A DNA stretch of 62,759 nucleotides, the filler included, from Sphacelaria rigidula (Eukaryota), in NCBI GenBank assembly GCA_964200075.2. It is 6 parts of 6 records of this genome, joined end to end, with 100 filler letters (N's around TTAATTAATTAA, not from the genome) between each part and the next. Parts side by side here need not be neighbours in the genome. Positions count along the whole stretch, not along the records: positions 10,478 to 20,854 come from CAXNAA020006618.1; positions 20,955 to 31,331 come from CAXNAA020006619.1; 4 more parts are not named here. One strand, 5' to 3'. Shown one piece after another: positions 11,241 through 23,479 of this stretch (its first letter is position 1; the number at the start of each line of letters is the position of its first letter). The notes under the pieces are model-generated. The model saw nothing but the letters and a program-made list of their open reading frames with translations. It searched no databases and had not been told where the DNA came from. A program made the translations under genes and the position numbers.

Positions 11241-14200
11241 CCGGAAAGCCTTGGCGATCTCCGCTCGAGTGATCACGCCCAGCACCTGGCCCTCCTTTGC
11301 ATCCTCGCCGATAATGGGCAGGGCGTAGAACCTTTTTTGTCGTAAGAGGTCCTCTGCCTGCGAAGATGAGCATACGTAGCGGTACACATGCGTGGGAACC
11401 GCAGGAAAAGGAAAGAACACGGAAGAATGATTTCACGGCGGAATGACCCACGAACTGCCGGTGGACCAAATCGATTGCGCACAAACCGAGAATCTTCGTC
11501 CCTCAAGAACCGCCTCTCCATATGCTCTTTCAGGAATAAGTGCCGGACAGCGTGCAGTGTACGTGGGAAACGGATCATACGGCACATACATGCGTTTTAA
11601 GTATTACTACTGTACACGCCACTCACAAAACTCAATCCCTGTGTGGCAAATTTCGGCTCTTTTGCTTTTCCCCACCAAAACGGATCACTGCACCGCCTGC
11701 TCTCTGCGATACGTTTCCCGGTTTGTTACCTGTGATATGGTCACGTTTGGGGGACAGGACAGGACAGGCGACGTCATGAAGTCTTCCGCAACCGGCTCTG
11801 GCTCCAAGATCTGCGACCGAAAAATGCACCCACAAAACCCAACCGCGTTTCGAGAAAAGGGGAGAAACGAAGAAACCAAGGGGATTTGAGTCACCGTGTA
11901 CGTAGTTCACAGGGGCAAAATACCGAACCGAACGATGGTAGTCCCGGTCCCGCAAAAAGCACGCAACAGTATTGGATTTGATTCGGGGGGGAGTCAGGGG
12001 CGGGGACGAGGGGAACAAGCACCGCCATGACAAGTTGCTGTCATAGTCTGCGTTCTCGACGTGATGAAGTACGCCGAGGAAGCCTGTTTTGACGATGCGC
12101 TACAGTACATCAACCCTGACACTAGGACTTGTTTCTCGACTCCCACACCTCTTCACTGCGGGCTCTGTCAAGACACCCACGTGACTCAAGAGACGTGACA
12201 GACTTGACATGATCGACCGCAGAATCACTTAGGTTTCATTACACGCATGCGTCAACATAACGCGTCACGAACGCCCATCTTGCTGCAGCATGTCTTCCGT
12301 GCACGAGTGCTCCTGCGGTATCGATCATTATCATTGTCATTATTATTTTTATTATTTCTGCACACTAGTCCGATCTCTCAAACCCGTGGTCACAGACGTA
12401 GGCTCGTCTTTTCAATACCGTCTCTGCTATTCATTACAAGACATAAAGTCCAGCCTAACTACAAGAACAAATGCAATCAACTAAAATATCGATATTCCGC
12501 TCAAATTCTGACGGCGGGCTGACGACAGAATGCACCCCGCGACCACGAAAAATTCGGCTAGAGCATCGTCGTTTGGCCTTTTCATCAATCGAAATGGAAC
12601 ATGACACCGATCCATCCAATGCACCACCCGCAAGGCCGAAGGCTCAAGTCGAAACAGACCTGATCATTGCAGATCGTGTCCACCAGCTCGGCAATCAGTT
12701 GGCGAGCTTCGTCTTCGGGGGCGTCGCTCTGAAGTCGAACGGAAGCAGCGGCAGCCTTAGGGTGACCTCCTGCCCCGAACCTGTAGGAAAGGAATAACGA
12801 TGGGAAAGGCGTAGGTTATCTTAGCGAAGCAACATGCGGTCGCTAGGGCACGCCAAGGCACTAACGATGGTCACAAGCAGCGCGGGTAGTGCACATGAAA
12901 AGCCGCTAAACATTATCTCAAACTCACGCGCACGGTCACAGTCACAGCTCAACAAATTGTTTCATCGCAACTTCAAGTGACCGAACAATCTTCTACTATA
13001 TTGTCTCCCTCTTCAAGACTAAACAGAGCGCACTTGCCTCTGGAAGAGCGCGTTAAAGTCAACAGACTCTACCCTCGACCTCGCTCGACCAATCAGCGCC
13101 AGCCTGTCTTTCAAACGTCCCGGCTTGCTGGGGTGCATCTCTCCCACCAACAACACGTCTACTTCTGACATTTCCAAGAGATCTTGGGTTACCCTGCACA
13201 GAAAAGTTGCAACCGGCAACACGGGGGGGGGGGGCGTACTCATTTGTTGCTTGCCTTATTCATTTGCCCTTNNNNNNNTGTCCTACTCATTTGTTGCTTG
13301 CCTTAGTCATTTGACCATTGACCACGCATCCCTTTCGAGACGGAGCACCGTTCCTACTTTTATTAGAGACACCTGGAACATTCAGGTGCTCATACGCTTC
13401 TTCCTTACATCACACAAAAAAAACGTTTTACACATCTTATCCCCGTCCTGTTTCGCCGTCTCCGGCTATCATTTATCTCCTAGTATAACCGTCGTTTTTT
13501 CGCTACTGTCTAATGCATCAAATGATTTCATGCCACCTTCGTTCACGTCCCGCATTTCCCCTAGCACGTCCCGCTCCTCCTTGTATAGTTCACATTCTGC
13601 GACTTTATGACTTCTGCTCTCTATTGCTTTGCTACAAGGACATCACGGCGGGAGGGGTCATGGTGGGAGATGAGGACCAGGGAAGTACAGACAAGATATT
13701 GGAACATTTTTCGTGATAGGGCCATATTATTTTGCATTATTTTGCATATTTTGCATATTTTGCATTAGTCAAGCTTAACGCAGGCACAAGGAAATCATCG
13801 TGGATATCTTGACGAAACGCACCCAAACCCTGCCTCGTCGAGGGTGCTAACGTCTCTCCCGTGTGGGAACAGTACATGCGGCAGTTGGCGATACGCTGCG
13901 GAAGCGTTTTCGCTGGCCTCCGTCACTGCAGGAGAAAATGTGTTGCGCACAACAGCGAAGTTATGTGTAATACGCAAAAATATAACCTCAACAGTAGCAG
14001 ACTGCGCTCCCCGTATATTCTCGTCCCCCTTGGGCAGCGCACAAAATGTAGGCAAGACAAAAACTAAATGCCCCCACAATAGAACGTACACACTCACGCT
14101 TCGCAAGCTGGTTTGTTTCATTTTTTCTGTAATTGCTGTGGTTTACATCTACTGCAAAACGCTATTTTTGTCTTATTACTGTGAACGACCTCGCATGATA

Positions 14201-16537
14201 CGTACACGATCAGTCGGAACTGATGCTGCTGCGATGTAAGCGACGGACCTGGCCATGCCGGCAACGCGTTCTTCCGTCAACAAGAGCACCGTTCCTACGA
14301 GTATGCCGTTGTGCTGACGTTTCACCAGCAACCCGAACGCCTCCACGAGGGCGGATTGCTGAGCCGCCGACAAGGACGTATGCGTGTACTCCGATACCAC
14401 CGTCTGTTGACAACCTGCAACATCGCCGACGCAAATTGAGTTCGCCAGAGGACATGGGCAAATGGCATATCGGAGTCGAAAAAGGAGAAGAAGAATTTGA
14501 GGACTCGCGGCGACACGCTGACAAACGAGAATCAGACCGCCGTCACAAGCGAGAGGCTGCTGCGTCGAGGGCCGCCAACCGAAGAATCCTGTCTGCTCAT
14601 ATCGGTTGTCGATTATGTCCTTAGTCAGTGGCTCTGCGGTGCCCACTGGTGTGTATCTGTATCTACTCTGCTGCCCCGAATCCCCTGGTATTTTCCTTCT
14701 TATTATTATTATTTTTTTCAAGTCTACTATGTCGTTCTGTTCGACTTTTTCTGTTCATTCTTTTCTTGAACGAGTGTTTCATTTTTGCCTTTCCACGGCT
14801 GGACCCATGGGTGGTAAATTAAAGTGCGACAATCAAAATCAATCAGATCATCAAATCAAATCAGAGTGCGACTTCTCGATTTGCGATGCTTTGCTGCTCA
14901 AGATACTACATGTCTCGTACTGAATATCGTGGAACTCAAACTGCAGTAACTCACGACAAATATGCCGCAGTAACTCGCGACACATATGCTGCAGTGACCA
15001 TGCACTGAGTACGACAACGAGCGCACAGCATACTCGCACAGCAGTAACAAAACATGGACGATTGTACAGTCGCCACGGGGCAAAAACACAGTATTCCATG
15101 TTCCTTTTTTCTGCACGTCCTTTCAGGCGTCATGTATAAAAGTGATGTACCTACGGTCATGAGCCAAGCTAGCGCCGCTGCGTCTCTCGCCGTCGCTGAA
15201 TCAAACGTCAACGACCCTGAGCAAGCATGCAACACATGGCAACAGGCAAGGATCGCGGTGCGTGTCTGCGTGCGTGTGCGTGCGTGTGCGTGCGTAAAGA
15301 ACAACATTTTGTGCCCTGTAGAGCGCAAGTTATTATTACTCGGCATCAACGACAAGCTGATCTGCGTAGTCAACTAGTGGAGAAACCCTGACATCACCGC
15401 CATCCACTACCGGCAGTCCACCGTTGTGACGAAAAAACCAAGGCAAGACGCGCACAATGTGGCAAAAGAACCTGTGTCTCCGTGTATTCCCAAGGAGAGC
15501 AGGGTAGCCTCCGCCTCGGAAAGCGCCATTCCCTCTGCATCACATTCCGCTCGCAGAAGTTCCGTTACCATGGTCGTCACAGCTCCGACGCTGAGAATAA
15601 ACAAATCGAGGAGAGGTTAAGAACATGTGCAAGAAGGACTTGGCGATCAAGTCTCACGCTCTTTTCGGCGGCGCGTGACAACAATATGCTGGGAAGACGT
15701 GATATGTGCTTCCACAGTACCGTGGGTTGCCAAGAATTTCACCGAAAATGGAAAATCTCGCAGACACAAACAAGAAGAATTAGACCGCCGTGAACAATAC
15801 AATAGCCGCCGCGAGCACCAACACCAAGCCTAACACCGGTATCACCCCCCGACAGCAGCAACACCAACTCACTGTTCAATGCGCAACTCGGCGTTGAGGA
15901 TGTCCGAGTCGCGGTCAACATGGTGGTCGAACACGTGAACGCTCTCCGCATTATCAATCAGCTCCGCACCCGGCCCCACCCTAGATCGCGTCTGGGCGTC
16001 GCACACCCCCACTCTCTGAGCCTGCTCGAAGCACGCAAGAATCCCATGAGAGTGGATACGAACGGCATTGACGAACACCACGAAGCGGCGAAGGAACGAG
16101 GAAAGAGCTCTCCCCGTGCGATCAAGTTTACACAACTAGGATGGCTCATCTCCGCCATCAGCAATTGTCCACGTACAACGAGAGCTGCGGTTTGAGTGAG
16201 GACGCAAGCATCCCCACATGACCACGGCCGATCGCATCACCACCTACAAAAACAAAAGCTAACGCGACCAAGCCCTTCCTCCAGTACATATCTTTGAGTA
16301 ACAGCACGGCACAATGGCCTGTCAGCAACGCACAACCTCGGGAAAATGCTGATCGCCCTGAGATGAGTTTGCTTGCGATGGCCGCTCGGCCTGTTGAGCT
16401 CATTATTGTGAATAGAGACTCACCGCTGTTGGATCCAGCAGCTCCATCCCAAGGATAGGGAAAAGCTCCAGGTGTAACGCCAGGAACTTCTTCACCGAAG
16501 GGTGTGCTCCGCGTGGGAGCACCACGTAAGTAGGCGT
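11241..16537 (-). CDS. DHH-DHHA1 phosphoesterase (NrnA-like) + CBS domain protein, partial. Exons 16537-16424, 16021-15873, 15590-15472, 15216-15151, 14414-14249, 13193-13038, 12780-12660, 11810-11730, 11357-11241
   Basis: Joined translation has VVLPRGAHPSVKKFLALH, VGVCD (motif II), VFDHH (motif III), VGAVTT...LGIHGDTGSLTF (motif IV), AAALAWLM, GAGGHPKAAAAS (DHHA1) and AEDFMTSPV...ALPII...VLGVITRAEI (CBS). All eight junctions are phase-consistent; one GC donor at 13037. The motif-I exon and the exons after the first CBS repeat were not found. Confidence 0.9.
14941..14998. repeat. 24-bp tandem repeat, about 2.4 copies, intronic
   Basis: CTGCAGTAACTCACGACAAATATG / CCGCAGTAACTCGCGACACATATG / CTGCAGTGAC. 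Confidence 0.7.
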
Positions 16538-17679
16538 CTACGGTAACAGCGTGCAAACATTGGGGTGTCAAGAGAAGCAAGGGTATTGAACGGATGCACA
16601 AAAACGATAGCCATTTAGTGAGCGGCTGACGGATCATGACTGACAATCACGCCGTAAATGCTATGCACATGCCCGATATATGGTATTCGAATTCGGTAAT
16701 TGAAGGGAGGCGACTGGCGCCCCGCCCCGTGTCGTCCGCTTCAAACGCAGTCAAACTAATCCAAGTTTTCATGAGGCGTTACGCCTGCTTGCCTGTACAG
16801 CATGCCGAGGTGAAGGATAACGATTCAAGTATACGGCGAGATGCAGGTGACATGTAGGACTCCTAACGATGGGCCTTGTCTCCTATAGATTCGCCGTATA
16901 ACACACTATTTTCAGGACAGGCTTACTATACCTATGAAAATGAGCATCCAACTCACGCTGATCTCGACACACAGAGCACCATGGGAGACGAACAGGATAT
17001 TTGAATCACCGCGCTGACCGCGGTAGCGTCGTGAGGGGTCCACTGACAACCAGCCTCCCTGTAGTTCACGTTCCGCTACTGGCTTTCATACCAACGCAGG
17101 GAAAGTTGCAATCCTCGGAAAATATGGGGAGAAAGTATAGATCCGCCGAGGAAGCACTTGAAAGAGGAAGTCAGCTACAACAGTACCTACTGCAGGCCGT
17201 GGCTACGAGCACATGGACAAAAGCGGTGCACCACCACTAGCGCACCGCCTTCGCGGAAACTCTGCAAGGGTGCATTGCATTGTGCAGCTACGGGAGACCA
17301 CCTCCGAAGATGTGTTGGCGTCTCTAGATTCGATTGCAGATCGAGAAGCTAAACCTAATGTGCCTGTACCTTGCTTATCATGTCGAGCAACGGGGTCTGC
17401 AGATGTATGCCGCACTTTTACCACCGTCGCGTGGTCGTCACAAAGGCCACTCGAAAAAGCTTCCATCACGCCGACTACCTTCGGACTTTACGGTTCTTCT
17501 GACGCCCCTGAAGCCGGGGCAAGCGAAATGTTACGCGGTGAAACACAGTTCTATGTACATTCGCTTCCTGGGGATTTGGTGTATTGATCCTAATTGTAGC
17601 CACATGCAAAATGGCGGGGGTCCCGACATTCCCAAGTGTTACCCAATATAATGACTTTTGTTGTTATGACATTCCAGCC

Positions 17680-17850
17680 CCCTCCTCTTCCTCCGGACGA
17701 GTCCGTGGTCTCATGTCTCATGTCTCATGTCTGAAGGGATCAAGCCATTTCCCCCCGGTACACGCCTTGTATTTTGGTCTCGCGGATTGGGTCAACACTC
17801 CCGCGCCGCGTCAACTCTTGTCAAATAAACTCAGTCAACTACATTTCGTC
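17680..17850. repeat. Dispersed repeat family E (inverted copy about 58050-58195)
   Basis: TTTGGTCTCGCGGAT...CACTCCCGC...AACTC..GTCAAA.A.ACTCAGTCAACTAC matches the reverse complement of 58050-58125. Confidence 0.65.
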
Positions 17851-18824
17851 TACTCACGTCCGCACGCTTTCGACCATATCACGGTGTAAATAAGATACTT
17901 CGCAGAAAAAATCCAACGCATCTGGCGACAATTAATCCCATGCCCTCTTTAACCTGACGGAGGCAGTCGAACTACTGGACCACCGGGTGTAGAGAGGGCA
18001 AAAAACACGGACGCCGGGCGTAGGAGACAATAAACCCACCGTTTGGTACAGTTTGTACGGCAAAATACCAGGAAATCTCAGAGGTGACAGAGCCGCAGTG
18101 GTGTGAGATCCTCATATTGTAAAGAAGGCGTGTATCCTGTGCTGTAATAAATATGATGCGTGTGGTGTGGAGAGGGTGTGTGCCGCTGTCATAGACGTTA
18201 TTCCAAGGAAGGACAGTTCTGCATGAACTGCGATGTTTTTCTTCATGTCGCACTTGGAAACAACTTCCTCGCGAGACACTCCGCGAGAAAAACACAAGAA
18301 AACAGAACATGTGGATAATCGCCCTATGATCGCGGGTCGTGGACATGCTAAGATAGTACCCGTACCATTGGCAGCAAGCTTCGTTTCGGAACAAAACTTG
18401 CGCTGGCAGTCTTGTGAGCGGACCGAATAAGGGTTTATCTTTCCTGAAAAGATAAGCGTCTTTGAGAACCCGTGGGCCAACTCAATACGCAAGCAAAAGG
18501 ATTCATGGCAGCCCAACGAAATACATCATAAAGTTCCGTACAAATGAACACAAATTGACGTTTTCGCAGTGTAAATGAAAGTATAGCACACCACAAGAAG
18601 CGTTGGGCTACTTCAGCTAACACGAGCAAGGAGGTTTTTGCGCAAAATGGACTGCCCTGCCCTCTCTTGCTTCCCGGGAAGCTGTACAACATAGGGGTGT
18701 TGAGTGCAGCTAAGCAGTCAAAGAAGCAGCATAGACTGCGTGCAGTGGAGAGCAATGACAGACGCATTTACTTTCGTTTGCAGTCCTTCATAATAAAAAA
18801 TGGGGTGTACTATCAGGCACCGTA

Positions 18825-19062
18825 GGTAAGGTAGGTACCTGGTACCGGTATTTGGGACATCTCATACCCTACGAATACCGCTCCAATCGGGTATGATCAA
18901 ATGTCATACCTACGATACCCACGATACCACGGTATTTCGAGATGTCAACTCCTACCGCACCCGCTCCATCGGGGATTTTCGAAAATCATACCCACGATAC
19001 CCACGCATACCACGGTATCGGATACCACGGTAAATACCAGGGGTACACCCGGTAAATACCGG
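18825..19062. repeat. GATACC/GGTA-rich MITE-like repeat family F (longer copy 20053-20385; distant relative about 55150-55340)
   Basis: Shared GGTAAGGYAGGTACC.GGTACCGG.ATTTGGGA.AT.TCATACCCTAC start; the 20053 copy ends in the inverse GGACCTTACC. Confidence 0.7.
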
Positions 19063-19644
19063 ACGCAATGCACTTCCCACGGTGCAGCAGCTGCTCCCAA
19101 CTTACGCAAAGGCCAGAACTTGGCGGAGCAGCCACGTCTTGTTTTCACAAATAACATATACCCAAATTCCCCCTGGTTTTCGTGTTTGGATGAATTCGAA
19201 TGAAGTCATTATCATGTAGTCCGAAGTGTGGTCAAATTGTTTTCCTCAATCCGATAGGTCCACCGCATTTATGTTCTTAGAAGGCTTCACCTGAAGCTTG
19301 TATTTAGTGGCGCGCGGAGAAAAACTACAAAACAATCAAGCTAAGCTTTTTCGATCGAAAACATGCGGTCGAAAGGCACGAAGCGGCACTTCACTCCTAT
19401 CTTACAGACCACTACGCCAGATAACACCCGTTCACAGAACCATGCTAACTCCATCCAACTCATTCTCAGCTACCACCGCAACCCCGCAGCATCGAGTACG
19501 AGTTGAGCACGGATACGGATATAGATACACTGCAGTAGTTGGGTATGCTTTGTTTAGTTTTGTTGGCGAAAACTTGCGCATCTTCTTTCGTGGTAGGATC
19601 AGCAACGGAACTGCGTGGTACGGTAGGCAACCGAGTTGCGTACA

Positions 19645-19895
19645 CACGCTCATGGACAGTGCAGGCAGTACAGGGCTGCACGTTGTTGAAGTCCTTTTCA
19701 CGTCGCATTGTGAGCAGAGATAACTGATAGTCCTGGGCTGTCTGCACTGCACGTTGCCCGCTTCTCTTTAGAATCCTACTGTACGAAACACGCACGCACA
19801 CTCAAGATGCATTGCTTGCAAGAGTGCAGACAGTACAGACTGTCTGTACTGTACACGAGTGACCATGTACCGTTTCATGAATTTCAGTATTTTTT
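19645..19895. repeat. Repeat family G with inverted copy at 20955-21212
   Basis: ACGCTCATGGACAGTGCAG...CTGTACACGAGTGACCATGT is the reverse complement of ACATGGTCACTCGTGTACAG...CTGCACTGTCCATGAGCGT. Confidence 0.75.
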
Positions 19896-20854
19896 CAATC
19901 GAACGCTTGAAAATTCGCTTGGACCCAGCTCGACATAATTGAGCGATTTTCGCTCAAATCAATTCGACCGCCCCATTTTTATCAAAAGTGCTGAGACACG
20001 CCCTGAACCGCTTCTCCGCACTGCCGGATGACAGTTTTTAAATCGGTATCGAGGGTAAGGCAGGTACCCGGTACCGGCATTTGGGATATATCATACCCTA
20101 CTGACACCGACCCAATCGGGTATTTTCAAACGTCATACCTGCGATACCTACGATATCGTAGTATTTGGAGATACCAGTACCTACCGTACCCGCTCAATCA
20201 GGTACAAGTATTTTCAAAAGTCATACCTACGACACCCACGATACCACGGCATTTCGATAATTCAACACCTACCGTAACCGTTCAATCAGGTATTTTCGAA
20301 ACTCATATCTACGATACCCACGCATACCACGGTATGGGATACTCTGGTAAATACCGGGGGTACGCTCGGTACGGGACCTTACCTCCGGTTTCCGTGTAAC
20401 TGTAGCACAACGTACTACACTGGGCTGGACTATTCCGACTGGAATGGAAGAAGCGAATGTCCTGTGTAAATTCCACACGAAGAGAATGCTCAAAGTGCAC
20501 GAAGCGTTGCGCTGGGATGACCACGACTACCTCGGCACAGCCGGAGAACAGTTGCTTCCGCACATTGCATCGCAGCGTACCGGCGGGTTAACTGGCACAG
20601 TGGAAGAAAATGAGGGTGTTGAGTCTGTCAGATGCATGCAGGTATTTTCCCAATGAAAGGTATCTGATCTCCGCCGCCGTTGAAAAACACGTAGATGAGA
20701 ACGTGAGTAGCGAAAGAACACGTCATGTCGGAAGTGCTGGTCATAATCCAATCTGAAATACCGAAGTTCAAGAAGTGTCCCGGGGGAGAGATAGCCTGAT
20801 TCCCTGTGGCTACGGATTCGTCCCGAGGAAGGGGAGGGGCGGGGGGGGGGGGGG

Positions 20855-20954
20855 NNNNNNNNNNNNNNNNNNNNNNNNNNNNNNNNNNNNNNNNNNNNTT
20901 AATTAATTAANNNNNNNNNNNNNNNNNNNNNNNNNNNNNNNNNNNNNNNNNNNN
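20855..20954. other. Artificial linker N44-TTAATTAATTAA-N44
   Basis: Same spacer as 10378-10477. Confidence 0.97.
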
Positions 20955-21381
20955 AAGACAGTGAAAATCGTGAAACAGAACATGGTCACTCGTGTACAGT
21001 ACAGACAGTCCAGACTGTCTGTACCGCTTGCAAGCAGGATGTTTTGAGTGCGTGTGTGCGTGTTTCGTGCAGGAGGATATAAAGGAGAAGCGGGCAACGT
21101 GCAGTGCAGACTGCCCAGGACTGTCCATTCTCTCTGCTTACAATGGGACGTGAAAATAACTTCATTCAGCAACGTGCAGCTTCGTACTGCCTGCTGCACT
21201 GTCCATGAGCGTCACGATGCTCAAGTCGAGCTCATTTGGTACACCTGAGGAGTTATGGTTGGAGATGCAAATGCGGCACTCTTTGCTGGCCCAGCCTGCA
21301 CGGTCGACGGGGAAAAGGGACTGCTGAACTCTTCTCGCGATAAAAAAAAAAAGGCAAGCACCGCAGAAGGGAGGTGGAGTA

Positions 21382-21492
21382 CTAAAAACAAACAAAAAAG
21401 GAAAAACCCTGTGCTGACCTTCCTCCTGTGTGACCCCGGCTGATGCGCCCGCATGTACCAAAAGGTGTAGACCGGCGTCCAGAATAGATGAG
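21382..21492. repeat. Short dispersed repeat family H (inverted copy about 49786-49895)
   Basis: CCTTCCTCCTGTGTGA.CCC...AAAGGTGTAGACCGGCGTCCAGAATAGATG is shared in inverted orientation. Confidence 0.7.
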
Positions 21493-22413
21493 ACGACAAC
21501 ACACACACACTACACGAAGTTCGAACATATGTGCCTTAGAACCAACCCCCAGGATAGATGGGACGACAACATACACAGACTGTAGTGGAGCATAAAATTT
21601 CCATCGCACCAGGATACGGCGTCAACACTTCTTATCCGCTTCTCAAACCCCGTGCGAAGCGCAGCTCTGCAAGCACAGACAGTTCAGCAGTACAAGGTCG
21701 CACCTGTACAGTCTCCATTTGTCACCGTGGAAGCCGAGATACGTCTCCGCCGCCCGCGTATGTTGCGACCAGAAGCTCCCGTACGCTCATCGTTTGTCGA
21801 CAGCCGACACACGGGGAGTAGTTCGAATCAATGAGATCACGTACTTTACCACCCCTTCCCATCTCAGCCACGGACGGCGTCGGCATGCACAAGCGAAAAC
21901 AAAGAAGAAAGCAGCAATGAAGCTGAACCTTCTTGAGGGGTTTTTAAGTGTTTCGGAGAGCCGGTTTCTGCGTGTGGTGCCTCCAACCTCCAAAAGTGCC
22001 TCGTTTGAGGTTGCGACAGTCAAGTCTGAGAAGTTGAATCAAGACCAGCGCTGGTCAAAAGGGGTCGAGCTGGGCTGTTCTTGAGACCGCTCACAGACAG
22101 AAGCGAAACACAACGCCATGAGCGCCAATGGAGCTGAAACTTCTTGACGGCATCTCAATTGATGTTAGAAGAGCGATGGGATGTTTTTTTCGCGCAGAGC
22201 GGCCTCGAATCCATTCGAGAAAAAGAAATGCGTGGTTCTGACCTTCTTTGTGAGAGCGGACGGATAGGATAGGATAGGACACTTTTTGAATTTCTGTCCA
22301 GTAGAACCCTTTTCGGCCTAGGGCCTCAAAGGAATTCTCGGGCACAAAAACGAAAAAATGACAGACACAAAAAGCGACTTGTCGACAATATATTTTTTCG
22401 AGACATGAGCAGT

Positions 22414-23175
22414 AACAGCGGATCCTCATTTTTGGGGTTGATCTCTAAAAGGAGGTCCAAGTGGCATATCTGTTTCGCAGAGATAACGCGAAACAGTGAC
22501 ACGGAGCGAGACCATCTTTCCTCCGAAAAATACACAGCAGTAAAGCAGGTGTGGCTAGGTGCACCTCACGAATGCGGTGTACACTCGTGTCAATGATGAT
22601 ATCACCAGAGAGAAGCAACGACAGAGAGGAAGCTCCCTGCCCGTGTCCTTCGTGTGTCCTCGCTCGGGGATTACTAATCGCTCGAGAGACTGGCACCATG
22701 CATGTTACTAGCATGTACCGAATTTTTCATGTGCCGGTAGGCATGTTATAGTGCTGCACAGCCCCCGAAAGAACGTCGAGGTGCGAAGGAATCTCGTCTC
22801 TTCTTGTCTGTGGAGGTCACCAATGCAATAATCGATGTCCCTCTGCCTCTTTTTTTGGACAGGATGCGCCTCTATGCGCTGCAGAATACGTCGTTGAAAA
22901 ACAGGGCGATGTTCCCGTCACCGCTACTGTTGCCTGTCACACGCATGCCAGCAAGGACGGTGCTGCGGTAACGACAGATCCAAGTTAAACATGGGGGTGT
23001 TATTCATTGTTGATTTTACCCCACATGTGATCCTCCGGGTGCGCGACAAGAGCGTGCCACACGCCAGTTGAGGGGCATATGAGAGACCAAACACTTGTGG
23101 AAATCTTCTTGACATGCGGAGTGAAAAACAAAACCTATGATGGTAACCTAACTGTTGCTATCGTGGTGCATAGGA
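22414..23175. repeat. About 750-bp decayed interspersed repeat family I (second copy 26040-26782)
   Basis: Collinear similarity, e.g. GATATCACCAGAGAGAAG.AACGA.AGAGAGGAAGCTCC and GTTGAAAAA.AGGGC.ATGTTCCCGTCACCGCTACT in both copies. Confidence 0.75.
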
Positions 23176-23479
23176 GTGCCTCCATGCTGCAATCTGGAGC
23201 ACACACTGGCTGTGTGAACACCGCGGTACAGTAGCTTTCCAGAATTCCGATGTGAGGAGGTCATGCATTACGAGCTGAGACGAGATACCCACAAGAAAAG
23301 AGTGCTCTATGATCAACTACTTGTCGTTGCATTTGACACCCACGCCATCAACCACCGATCGCAAAGGTCTTGTGGCTTTCAAGCAACGCTGTCGGCAGTA
23401 CGGCAGGCAAACCCAATCATAACTAGCTTTCGTTGCTCTATTGTACTGATTGTCGTCTGCACAGAAGTCACCGCAACAA

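Noticed and set aside
13237-13306. Local duplication TACTCATTTGTTGCTTGCCTTA around a 7-N gap
   Set aside because: Most likely an assembly overlap artefact at a small gap next to poly-G.
17203-17469. HTSAD as DHH motif I
   Set aside because: It lacks the DxD pair and the following helix, and no phase-compatible splice path was found.
20384-20461. Minus-strand exon ending at a strong GAG|GTAAGG donor
   Set aside because: The donor coincides with the inverted terminus of repeat family F.
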